This document shows positions 36,501 to 48,500 of a DNA stretch of 64,000 bases, one piece after another (positions within the stretch are counted from its first letter, which is position 1; each line of letters starts with the position of its first letter). Source of the DNA: Bugula neritina (Eukaryota; Animalia; Bryozoa). The notes below the pieces were generated by a model, which was not told the DNA's origin, searched no databases, and saw nothing but the letters and a program-made list of their open reading frames with translations. The DNA lies in contig OZ037765.1 of assembly GCA_964035545.1 (NCBI GenBank), forward strand, positions 5,466,698-5,530,697, in the 5' to 3' direction. Made by a program: the position numbers and the translations under genes.

Positions 36501-37904
36501 TGTGCAGGTTGCCTAGGCTTGTGGTCAATACAGATTCATGGGGGGATTATATTTCATAATGTAATCTGTTATACTTTTAGCAAGCCATGGATGACACATT
36601 CTATCTCTCCAACATAGTTCCCCAGAATATAGACAACAACTCGGGCTTCTGGAATAGACTAGAAACTTATTGCAGAGATTTAACAGAACAGTTTGATAAA
36701 GTCCACGTGATATCTGGCCCTCTCTATCAAGTCAATGAGGTTGTAGGAAATAAGAAGTTCGTTAAATACGAGGTGAGTTGACAAGCACCTCTCGCTAGTT
36801 ACTTAATACGAGGTTGATGTGATGTGAGAAAGTATTTATTTTTATTTACCACCATTATTAAAGTAGCATTTCAAAACACCTATTTTTTGTAATATGACTC
36901 GTTTGAATTTTTACCAACGCCCAACTTGTCTGTCATAATGCAAGTATTTAAGATATGCATCTAAATACTTCACAAACAAGTCTTATACAGTGTATCTTTT
37001 GTGACAGTTTGATTTATAGCTGGTGAAAGAAGTAATGTAGATTTCAAGAAAAAGCTTCAAAAATAAACTGTTGCTGTATCTAACGAGACTAAATGATTAG
37101 TCATTGGTATCCATGGCGATGGATATTATTGACTTGCCAATGTGCATTATGTTGTGCAGCACCCTTTCTTCATGTCAAAGCAGGGTTGTGATCGTCACTT
37201 GAAATTCACGAAAAAATTCTTGGTTATCATTTTGTGGTCTCATCAATCAGTGATTTCGAGAGGTTTGCTACGTTAAGTTAGTCAGCTTATCGACATGGAC
37301 ATGTCCAATAATAAAATCACCAACATAGCTTGTGATTGCGATTGGTCATCTCACATGACTGAAGGATGGTAAGCAAAAACATGTGACATTGTCGGAACAA
37401 TTGTGGTTGTTTTGACTATATTTAGCTTATAATGCTTATTTGACGTGTTTTAACAATTTTCAGGTAATAGGAGACGGCAGGGTGCCTGCGCCAACTCACC
37501 TGTATAAAGTCGTGGCAGCCTTCAATGAAGGTTCACCAGAGAAAGCCGCTGTTGCTGCTTTTGTGGTACCAAATATCCCGATATCTCGAGAAGTCAGTGA
37601 ACTGGTCAAGTATGAAGTTAGCTTGGAGAGGCTCAAGTCTCTCACCGGGTTTTCATTTCACCCTCATTTATCAAGTCGAACTACTACTAACTTATGTGTT
37701 TCTGATCGTAATTCTTGCAAACTCAAAAGTTGGGAAGAATTGGAGTTATATTTTGCTATGAAGAAAGTGAAGTATGCCAAATCACAAAAAGATATAGATA
37801 CTGCTGTCGTCACTCTGAAGGATAATAATGTAAAATTTGATCAAAAACTGCTTTCGCAGATAGAGAAAAAACAAACGGAATTAAGGCATGCAACAAATGC
37901 GTAG
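33502..37904 (+). CDS. EXOG: Mitochondrial exo/endonuclease EXOG (EndoG-like; 5 coding exons, about 346 aa)
   Basis: Exons 33502-33625, 34345-34488, 35739-35878, 36581-36772, 37464-37904 sum to 1041 nt in frame. N-terminal KGFISGAVFTVSI hydrophobic leader; FGKP, YTGHTLCYD, PLWV; active site GWSRGHMAAAGN (SRGH is EXOG-type, EndoG has DRGH); FYLSNIVPQ, NSGFWNRLE; PTHLYKV; and a C-terminal extension CKL..WEELELYFAMKKV resembling the EXOG Wing domain. Confidence 0.9.
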
Positions 37905-37992
37905 AGAAAAGCAAAGCATATTTGAAATGCTAAATACATTGAGCATGACAGTTGCTGTCGAAATTAATTTTAAAATTTTACAGCACTATAAT

Positions 37993-38013
37993 AATAAAAT
38001 GTACATATTTATT
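37993..38013. terminator. Back-to-back polyadenylation signals for convergent EXOG (+) and Reeler-mucin (-) genes
   Basis: AATAAA (37993-37998), then ATGTACATA, then TTTATT (38008-38013, AATAAA on the minus strand), inside the 277-bp gap between the two stop codons. Confidence 0.6.
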
Positions 38014-38181
38014 ACATAATTTTTTGTATGTGTTTTATAATTTTACATGAAAATATAACTCTGTTCAAACTTTTCCAGTTCACACTGTGATTGTGTAATT
38101 ATAAAACTACCAGTTTTGTTGAACAAAAATATGTTTATAATATATACTAAATATTGTATTGAGAGAGTAAATAAATATATA

Positions 38182-41100
38182 CTAGGCTCGAGAAAAGGCG
38201 TGGTTTTGGTGTCCGTTTTGATGATGGTGTCCGTTAGAGGCACCAGTTCTGCCATTACCATTGTCCATTGTTCGTAGAGGAATTCCGTAATCTTTTCTGG
38301 CTGCTCTCATCATTAGAAAACCATGTGATTTCCTTTGCCTGAAAAATAATGGAATTTCTACAAAACTGTGTGCCACAGAGCTTTAAATTACCTATATATT
38401 TTTTTGGCTTCTTGAACATATCTCAATTTCTGACTTGTTTCTTACTCATCAATTTAAAGTGCTTACCTCATGCAAATAACGACGATGGCCACTATAATAG
38501 CTATTCCAATTAGTCCAAATACCACAGCCAATACTATTTTAGTTGTGAGTGGTAGACCCACGACTTCCTCTTCTTTCTGCTGTACAACTGCAGACGTCTT
38601 GAGAGACCCTGGTGTCATGGTCAATTCTTCGCCTTTGATCTTAAGGCTTTTGTTGTCTTGTTCCAAAAACTTCTGAAGGTTGTTGATAGCATCGTCAGTG
38701 GTTAGTGCCTTCTTATCAGCAGGTGCTAATGTGAACTCTACATCTACGCTGCCTGTAGAATATGACCTTAGCACTTTACTTACTTGGTTTGTGTGTATTT
38801 GAATGCAATTGACACTATATTTTGTTTTTCAAGCTTTTATAGTCAATATTTTGCCATTGATAAATATTACTTCTGTGAAATGTCCGTCTAGATATTTTGT
38901 ACCAAAATGGTTTCGATTATTCTTGAATCTTACCTTTTGATAATTTGAGATTCTGAATTCGGTCCTCGTTGACTTTCATAATGGTAGCCAGTTGCGTCGT
39001 GACCTCCTGAACTGCTGTCTTGTAGTCGGTATCCACCAATGTATCGTAGTCTCCGGTTAGTTTAAAACTCACTAAATTTGGCTGATTGGTGGAGTCAGCA
39101 GGCTTGGTTGTAGCTACTGTGTCAGTAGCAGTTGTAGCTCGAGAGGTGGTAAATCTGAATGCTGTTGTACGGGTGGTTGTAGATTTTCTTGACGTAGTTG
39201 TGGTAATAGCTTCTGTGGAGTCAAAATGTGTCGTTTCTTGAGCTTCTGTACTTTCCATTGTGGTAGTGAAAGTAGCTGGAGATGTTGTCTGTTGTGTTGT
39301 CACGGTCGAAAATGTTGGCTCTGTTATATTTGGTTCGCTTGTGACACTCACTGTAAAATTTTCAGTAATTGGGACCAAATCACTTTCTGTAGTAGAACTT
39401 GTAGCACTTGTATAATCTGTACTTCCTGGCAGAAATTCAGTCGTGACATTTACCATATCTAGAGTTGTATTAAATTCTACTTCTGTAGTTGGTGTTCCAT
39501 AGTCTGCTGTTGTTAAAGTTTGATTTACGGGTGAGGTGTTGGTTATGGTTACATTATCATTTATCGTAGGTGTAGTAAAGTTTCTTGTTGAGTTGAAGTT
39601 AGGTTCTGTGGTTGTTTCCAGTGTTGTGTTACTGACTGCATCTGCCAGTGTTGTCTGTGGTACTGTAGCAAAATCCGTGAAGTTATTTGTTGAATTGGTC
39701 AAGGTGGGTTGCTCTGTTATATCTGCACTCTCTGTTCCATTGTTTAAAGTGGCTGGTGTTAATGTTCCATTAACTGCTGGCTCTGTGGTATTTTGCAATT
39801 CTGCTATTGCTGTGGTAAACTCGGTTCCCGGAATGTTTTGATCTGTTGAATTGTTTGTTGTAGTTAGGGTTGCATTCTGATTGCTAGTTGGTAAAAAGAC
39901 TGTGACATTCACTGATTCTGTAGTCGGTCCTGTGCTGTTGGTCATGTTAAGAGTAGAACCCCGTGAACTTGTATTCAACACTGTCGTTGCATTTTCAAAT
40001 GGTAGAGATGTTGTGATTGATAATGGTTGGGTTGACTCGTTGGTGATGTTCTCCAGAGGGTTCGACACTTCTGAAGTACCGTTGAATAGCTGGGTTGTAA
40101 ACTGATCAGATACAATTGTGCTGTTAATCGATGTGTCTGTACTTTGCTCTAAAATTGGTGTTATTGTAGTTTCATTGGTAGCTGTCGTATTTAAATCGAT
40201 TTCGGAGTGCCGAGAAACAGCTTCAGTTGTATTAAAGCCTGGTGGTGTCACTGTGTTCTCCACCAGAGTTGTCAAGTTCTGGTGCTCAGACAGTGGGCTC
40301 AAAGTTGATGTTGAGTTTTGCAGTGATGACTGGTTGCTAACTGTAAATCCGTCTGCTACTGTGCTACTTGCATTCACTATTGACTCTGGTTCTGACACTG
40401 TTACATTTAGAGGTGCAACAGTTACATTTAAAGATGTAGTTACTGTCTCCAAAACAGTTTGTGTTTCATTAATGGTGGTATTGGCAGTTTGGTTGTAGAA
40501 AGTTTCTATTGTAGACAAAGGAGGGAATTCAGTTGGAATGTTGGTTGCTACTGTAGTAGAATTAAAATCCAACAATGGATCTGTGGTTGGTAAGAAATCT
40601 GCAACTGACGTATTCTGGCTCAAAATTTCCTGTATTCCAGTTGAGGAATTAAATGCTTCAGTATGTGGTGTTGTTGTCAACAGATCTATGGTTGGTAAGA
40701 AGTCTGCAGCCGATGTATTCTGGGTCGAAATTTCCTGTATTCCGGCTGATGAATTAAGTACTCCTGGAAGTGTGGTTAGTCCTGTATCTGTCAGCGATAC
40801 ATTACCTGGAGTTGTTTCAGCATGTACAACAGCTCCTGGTCCAGCAAGAAGCTCAGTATCATTAGTTTGTCCACCAGTAGGTGGTGTTGTTGACAACGAA
40901 TCTATGGTTAGTAAAAAGTCTGATGTATTCTGGGTTAAAAGTTCCGGTATTCCAGTTGATGAATTAAGTGCTTCAGTAAGTGGTGTTGTTAACAAGAAGT
41001 CTATGGGTGGTAAAACGTCTGCAGCCGATGCATTCTGGGTCACAAGTTCCGATATTCCAGTTGATGAATTAAGTGCTTCAGTAAGTGGTGTTGTTAACAA

Positions 41101-44100
41101 GACGTCTATGGGTGGTAAGGCGTCTGCAGCCGATGCATTCTGGGTCACAGGTTCCGATATTCCAGTTGATGAATTAAGTACTTCAGCAAGTGGTGTGGTT
41201 GAGAATGGATCCACTGGTGGTAAAAAGTCCGCAGCTGATGTATTCTGGGTCACAATTTCCTGTATTCCTGTTGATGAATTCAGTACTTCAGTAAGTGGTG
41301 TTGTTGATGAAACAGTCAACAGTGTTTCAGTTAGATTGGCTGTACTTTCTGAGAAAAGAGTGGCATTGTTGGTAGAAAGTGGAATGATGGTTGAAGGTAG
41401 GTTGGTTGGGAAGTTTTGAGGAGTAGTAGATGGAGTTTCAGTGGATGAAGCTGTAACTGTTATTTGCCTTGATAAAGGTAACGAGGTAACACCACTCCAA
41501 AATTGTTGTCGGATTCGAACAACATGAGCTCTAAAAAATAAAAAAATATTTAAAGTGTATGCATATTTATTTTATTAGTTAGTTTTAAACCTGTGTTTTG
41601 ATTATTCTGCTCAACTTTGTAATTATTCAAGTAAAGTCATTTCTGTGAGGTTTTTCTAGATATCTATAATTCTGAACAATATTGCATATTTTACTCAAAA
41701 AACAGATTTAATCTATCCTTGCTCATTCTATTGTGTTCTATTAAGTTTAATCTGGACATCTCTTCATAAATGTATTTTACGTACTCAAAGTGAAAGCTGC
41801 TATTGAATCCAGCTGGTACTTTGAAGGTCATTTCTGTTTGTAAACTGTTGAGAGGCGTGGAGTGGGCCAGAGCGTTGGACTGTTGTCCAGGGCATACTGT
41901 CACGAAATCATCAAAGCTGCAATCTCTAGTTTGTAAGCTACCTGAGGCAGTCCAGGAGCCTAAAGAGCATATCTGCCCTTCTTGTTGAGCCCAAATCAGA
42001 ACTCCATTGAAGGGCTTGTCATCTGTACTTCGAAGTAAAACTACAATCACATGTACAACTGATGTACCTAGCATGTATATTCAAGCTTTAGTTCACATAT
42101 ATTATTATGGATGCTATGATTACTGACTTTTTTCCATTTACTTTCTTAGAAAAAGTCCCTTATGAATATTTTCAAGCTACATAACGTGAATTGATCGACT
42201 TGAATTACTGTAAGAAGTTGGTGGTTATTTATGACTTGTGTCCCAATTCACTAAGCAGGAAATTTTTAGTCTTAATCCAAAGTATCTTGGTTACAAATCA
42301 CTTTTTTTATCAGCCTTTTGTCCACCAAAGTTTTGAAAAGTTTCATGTCTGCCTCAGTTATGACTGAATAATTTTTAAAAGATTAGCTTTATTTTTAATC
42401 AAAGATACTAATAGTAGATGCAGGTGCGCATATAAGAGAGTACAATAAGTTAGTGTATTGTTATACTGGCCTACTTGATAGTCTAACTAGAAAACTTTCT
42501 TATGATGAATATTATATTAAAGCTGCTATCAATCACATTGTTTACCTACAATAATTGCGTTGTTCATGGATAAAGGATCAATAATCCGATTATATAGATT
42601 CTAGACACCCTGACAACTATGAAAATATTTTCATCCAACGTAATAAGAACTTGTTTTTTCAGGGATTAGGGCGGCTCTGCTTTAGCTAGTTATTATAATA
42701 CTACCTAAAGTCTCAAACACTAGTTTACTATTACTCATTGTTCTGCTTGCATCATCTATGGTATATTGACAAATTTACCATTTTCCTTAGGAAAAGGTAG
42801 GTAACCAAAATATTATGTTCAAGTCTAATAATTGTCAACATTTACAAAGCATATCCTATTTTAAGCTGTTTTTTATCATTGAATCCTTTTTAGGTGAATG
42901 ATGTTACATCACATCTTTCAAAGGTTGTATATTTAAGATAATAAGATATTGTAAAAAGAGCAGCTGCACTAAAATTAATTGAAATCAAGACTAAAATAAA
43001 AATGAGAGTATTGTCTTGAATCTAGATGAGAGACAAATTTCTATTAAATTTATGATCAAGTATTCATATCTATGGAGGCACTAAAGTACTGAAATAAATC
43101 AAATATACTCCAAAAAGAAACGCCACTAACTAAATTAAAAACAAAAACACCATCAATTGAACTTCAAAGCATGAGACTTTTTGCAGTCAATCTACAGGGG
43201 ACACTATAAAAGAACATTCGGGTCTGCCTCCGTGTACAATATAATAAGGCAATACTGCCGCGGCACACATTTCAGCAACTAACTCATTAAGTCAAGGTTA
43301 GTTCATGGATCAATACTTGTGCAATAATATGTACTAAGGCTACAACCTGATGCTAAAGCTCTGTAAGCTACATACATGCTACACCCAGAAGCGGTATTAC
43401 AGTTGATGGAGTTGCCCCTTCTTGAAAAAAGTACTAAAAAATAGTATGTCAGTCTTCAGTTTAGTACAGACTGTGACCTACACTTGTAAACATTTCAAAT
43501 GTTAAATATTTTGGTTTCTAGTTTTATGAAAACAAATTTATGTGAGCGCAGTTGGATGACATCAAATGAAACATGTCTTTATACAAAGTTTTGGACTTAT
43601 ATGCGACTCTCTCCTTGATAAAACTGTTCCTCATATTCTGTAAACAGGATCAGATAGTAATAATCACAGGTGTGGTAAATATTAATAGCTATTATACTTC
43701 ATAAATCACTTTGTAAGCTTAAAGAAATTCCTATTTTGTTAAAAGAGCAACGTTTCAGTTGCAAAATCTATAGCACAGTCCATTAATTTCAAGACTGCGT
43801 CTACTCAATATGAAAATATTACATTACTGCATCGCTAGTGAATTTAAACAACATTTCAGGACCAGGTTTACGCTTTCCTTCAGATCCCAAAATATAATGC
43901 CTAGTTGATAGAAAATAAAGTCTCAAACCTGTGAACTGGTGTTTTGTTACAAAACTTAATTCTACATATGGAAAGTTGCATTCTTACTAGTCTAATAGCA
44001 TTATATTGTCTTTGATTATGTAATACTATTATATTCCAGTAAATAGGTTGTTTATACTCATCATGATGGCTTTACACAATCCTTAAGACTAGCTACAAAG

Positions 44101-45584
44101 CTTGTCAACAATTCATGCACATATGATAAATCCAACAGTAAATCCGGACTATTCAGGAATGTTATAAATCACACCCAAGTTTTCCTCTTATGCTTATTTT
44201 AGCTGTGCAGTCAGAAAATATAATTATGTACATATACATGTAATTAATTATATTTAAACAAATTTCAAACAATCATTTTTCACTTTTCTGGTAACAGTTA
44301 ATTTACAATTAATGAAAAACTCCTTAAGTTTGTCTCAGTAAACAAGGAGTGAATACTACATAGCTAAACATCAGCAAAATGACATTGCATAAATAATTCT
44401 CCATAATACACTGAAAAAATATTAAATCGGTTTATGGATACACATTTATTAGCTTTAATGTCAGTTTTGTAGTATACAATGGGGGGCCCTCCCCTCTCCC
44501 CTTTTCTACAAACGCAATTCAGTCATTAGCAGGGAGCAGAAGACAAACTGTGACCAACAAGTTATTTTGATGACAGGGGCAAGGGGTGATTTGAAATACT
44601 GTTATGTGCTTCTTCAAACTAATATTAATAAAACAGAATGATGCAAAAAGATTAGAATGATGAAATGAGGGTTTGAACTAATAATATGTTAATAATGGAA
44701 ATCCGGTAGTCTAATATGAGTATAGGCATTTCCTCATCTTAACCAATTTCAGATATTACCATTTTAATTGCTCTGTCTTTATGATAATTGATCACTAAGT
44801 ATTACTGAATGTTGGTTTGTGTATTGGTTAATGGTGGTGCATTGGCAGCGAATGTGGTAATATAAACATATATATGCATATAACAGCAGGGCAGCTTTAA
44901 AAAAATTGGCTTCAAAAGTTTTTATAAGTTATGAATATATATCCATATAAAAAGTTAAAAAAGCAGCAGATTTTCTTCTTTTAAATGCTTGTAATATAAC
45001 AAGGCTTTTAATAAATTAGGTCACATGAATAAGAGAGTCCACCTGGTTAATCCTTATAAGCAAACGGTCCCCAAAGTAGGCCTCCAAAGATACCTTGGAC
45101 AAGTGTTAGCATTGCTATATCTATTCACAATACTGGAGGTTTAACCTTTGATTGAATATAATTTACTATGTCACTACGTGAAAGTTACAACAAAAAGGCA
45201 AAAACTGAAAAAAAGTACTTTTAACTCAAAGAGAACTAAGGGATAGATAGGCTGCCTTAAACAATGCTTTCTTTGCCATCATCATGTGATCAATAATAAA
45301 ATATAATCTCAAGTACCAAGCTCTTAGGTATAAATCAAATCAGCCTACCAAAGCTCATGCCAAACCATACCTGTTAGAGTTTCTTCTTCAACAAAGTCTG
45401 TAGCAGGCGTAGAATCAGAGTGGTAGACATCAATGGTAAAAGGTGGAGGCGTCGCTTCTGGAGACATACCGTGTCCGTATGGTCCATACTGACAGGCATC
45501 CGATGGTACTCCACCACTACTATAACTCAAAACTGTTGGTAGAAATAACCAAACAAATAAAAATGAGCACCGACTGTACTTCAT
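38182..45584 (-). CDS. Type-I transmembrane mucin-like protein: signal peptide, Reeler domain, about 800-aa Thr/Ser/Asn-rich stalk, SEA-like domain, TM helix, short cytoplasmic tail (5 exons, 1169 aa)
   Basis: Exons 45371-45584, 41785-42040, 38934-41530, 38467-38752, 38182-38338 sum to 3510 nt with no internal stop and compatible phases. Reeler signature: YSSGGVPSDAC..P.GHG...PPFTI, then VLLRS....FNGVLIWAQ....LGSW...C...NALAHS, then FHFEAHVV....FW. SEA-like VSFKLTGDY...RIQNLKLSK|GSVDVEFTL. TM segment IVLAVVFGLIGIAIIVAIVVIC followed by MRQRK. Confidence 0.85.
40570..41305 (-). repeat. Coding tandem repeat, 105 bp / 35 aa, 6 copies (4 + 2)
   Basis: TTPLTEVLNSSTGIQEIVTQNTSAADFLPPVDPFS-like units; visible in DNA as tattccagttgatgaattaagtgcttcagtaagtggtgttgtt...gcagccgatgcattctggg. 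Confidence 0.9.
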
Positions 45585-48500
45585 TGCGGCAGGTGCTAAA
45601 TATACCCTAACGCCTCCTAGCAGACTTGTAAGTAGTCTTCACTGTTGGCTCTCTTCAGTACAATTGTAGATGTAGTCGAAAAATTTATCCAACTCGGCAC
45701 TTTCTCACTCACTGATGACTAGATGTGGAAGAACTAACCAACCTAGATAGCCGTTTATCGTGATCCTAGTGAATGGAGCCCTTTCTATTCAAGCTTAGAC
45801 TTTAGCCATATATAAATCTTTCACCTTACGGGGTTAATGAGTTAGCCTATCACATTAAAGCACCAATGAGTGGATTGATTGCTTGCAGCTCTATCCCAAT
45901 ATCTTGAGTGGATCAGATGGAAAACAGTATTTTATTGGAACCTGATTATTATAATGTTTTAGACACTAGCAAGGTTGTCATGGTTACATCATGTCACTTG
46001 AATTTGATTATTTTTTTGCAAAATACCGAGAGTAGGTGTTTTTACTTTTAAATCCACCTCTTCTGCATACATGGCTAGTGGTTGGTGTGTTTCGTTTTAG
46101 CTTTCACATCTTCTGAAAATCAGGCTAGATAATTCACCATGGTTACCATGAATTTTTCGCTGTAGAGTAGACAGTTTGGTGATTTCGTGAAGATCCCACT
46201 TGGTTATTAAGCTTATAATACAGCAATTTGTCTAGTAGAGTGCAAACATATTTTAGGCAGCTACAGCATCACCAATTATAGTTTCAAGCTGATTTCTTAC
46301 ATAAAAGTGATAAAACTACACAGTTAATATTAAATTAAGGTCAACATATAATAGATAGTATATAATTATTTTTCAACTATTTTTCTGCTGTTAAATCGTT
46401 GATGCGCTTTATATTATATTTCTACAGCTGCATTTAAAACAACTCAACTATGGTAGAATTTTAGTGCATGAGCCTGTTAAAACATTTGAAAGCTTACAAT
46501 GTTTCATTTAAGTGCAGTAGTGAAGGAATTTGACAGCCTAAGTTCTTTAATTCTATACTAAATGTTGTTTTTTGGTTAGAGTTGAAATTTTTACAAGAAA
46601 AGCCTCTTTTGCTATATTCCTTATCTAACATGGAGGCTTGTTTCAATGTCTCCATTACTGTACTTTCTTCCACACTTAATCTGCAGTATTTTGCTACCAC
46701 CCTGTTTGCTCTTTCTGTAGGCCAAGTGGTCCATTATAAAACATGCAAAATGGTAATGCTTTTTTAGTTACCCCATAAATATTCAATGCCACGTGTTTTG
46801 TTGTCATCTATTGTTTAAAATATGGAAATTTCTTGGTTTCAGGTAAAGCTTGCATAATATAAACCAACGGGCTTCTGTAGTTTTATTCAAAATAGACACA
46901 GCTGGGTGGAATTAAATAGTTTTTTTCTCTTTTAAAGTGTTTTGAAAATGAAAAAATATTCCAACATATTTTCAGTTTGCTATCTAATCTTGCCATACCA
47001 CTAGCAAACATTGACACGCTCGTGACTACTGTTGGCATCTTAAACCAGAATCATTTCATATACATACATAATTAAAGCTACTACTACAAACCATAACAAC
47101 TCTTACATAACAGCATATGGCTATATTGTGCTTAGTTAGACTGAGTTACGTATTATAATTATATTATACAAACAAGCCAAAAGCTTTTCAAGTGTTTACG
47201 GAATTCATTGAAAGGTATACTTAGTTGTTTACTTCTATTAGCAAACTATCTCAGTTGGTTCCTTTTGCATAAGATGTTACTGCTTACAGGATGGGTTTGT
47301 GAAATTGTTTGCGTAGTTTACTGTTCAGTATTAACCTAATAATTATAATACTAGGCAGGCATTTTATGCTAGAATATTGCCAGGAAGGTATTATTTTCTA
47401 AACGCATTTTGGGCGTTATCGACAATTTAATGACTAAAAGCAGTAAATAATTGCAGGAGGGGATTAGAAAAACTATTAGCTGTATTTTGCATAAATACTA
47501 AACTATGAAACCATTTTATTAGAATACTAGGAAAGTAGTTTCACTTATTATCTAGTAAATCAAATTATTTGCAAAGTCAAAAGGCAGAATTATAGCAGAA
47601 CGGTGTTGCACCAGCTACTAGTTGCTATATTATACAGGATATCAGCATTGTAGTGTAGAAGGAATTTCTTTTTTTATCTAATGCTTCAATTTATGTTAAT
47701 TTAGAAATTACAGTGGTAAAACTGCATATTACAATGCTATAGTGCATTATAGTGTCAGATTCGTCATCATGTACAATTTCAGCAGCTCTGAGATCAAACA
47801 GTCACGGAGAAGTTAGGAAACGTTTGGTTTCCAGCCAATACTTCAAACCGAATTCATTATAGACAATCGAAGAAATTAGATTATTGAATTCTTTTATTAT
47901 CAACTGCAGCTAAATAGCAAAATTCCTGTTAATATTTTTTTTTCTTGATTTAAAATTGAGTTGCAGTTGTAGCTTTTAGGAACAGTTGCCAAAATTGGGG
48001 CCAATCAGGTGTGTGTGATAATGTGTTAGCCTTAGGACCTGTCGATGATAGCTTTGGTTCTCTCAGCTTCAATCAACATGGTGGAAGAATTGAACCTGCA
48101 AGAACTTAAAATGCAAGCCAATTGATATGTTTGTACAATTAATACGTATTTCTCACGCAACAGCTTTGTAAGCAGCAAAGTATTTGGGTGTGCAAAATTC
48201 AATATCCTTATGCGTTACTATACTTGCGTGGCTAGCTGGTAATTGGTTTTATCTTTGTTTTGGCCAAGCTTTTAGAATATCGCGAAATTCTCACACTCGG
48301 TGAGAATTTGTCTTGGTATCTTGGTATTTGATCATCTAGAAGTTGAATTCTTATATCTGAGTAAGCACATTGAACTCAGAGAGTTGCCCTTGGGTTATGG
48401 TGAGATTCAAATAGACTTGAGAAGCTAATCTATGCTGGGTTGAGAGACATGAAGTATAGCCCAGTTGTTGATATATTGGTAATGTCTCATTAAATATCTT

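Noticed and set aside
40570-41305. Regularly spaced repeats as a possible CRISPR array
   Set aside because: Eukaryotic coding tandem repeat in frame with the mucin; no unique spacers and no cas genes.
40538-41419. 293-aa plus-strand ORF and neighbouring plus-strand ORFs (39226-40498)
   Set aside because: Antisense shadows of the Thr/Ser-rich mucin exon; its codon bias removes stops on the opposite strand. No independent splice or domain evidence.
46494-46800. Short ORFs possibly from a decayed transposase or pseudo-exon
   Set aside because: No recognisable motif and no consistent splice context.
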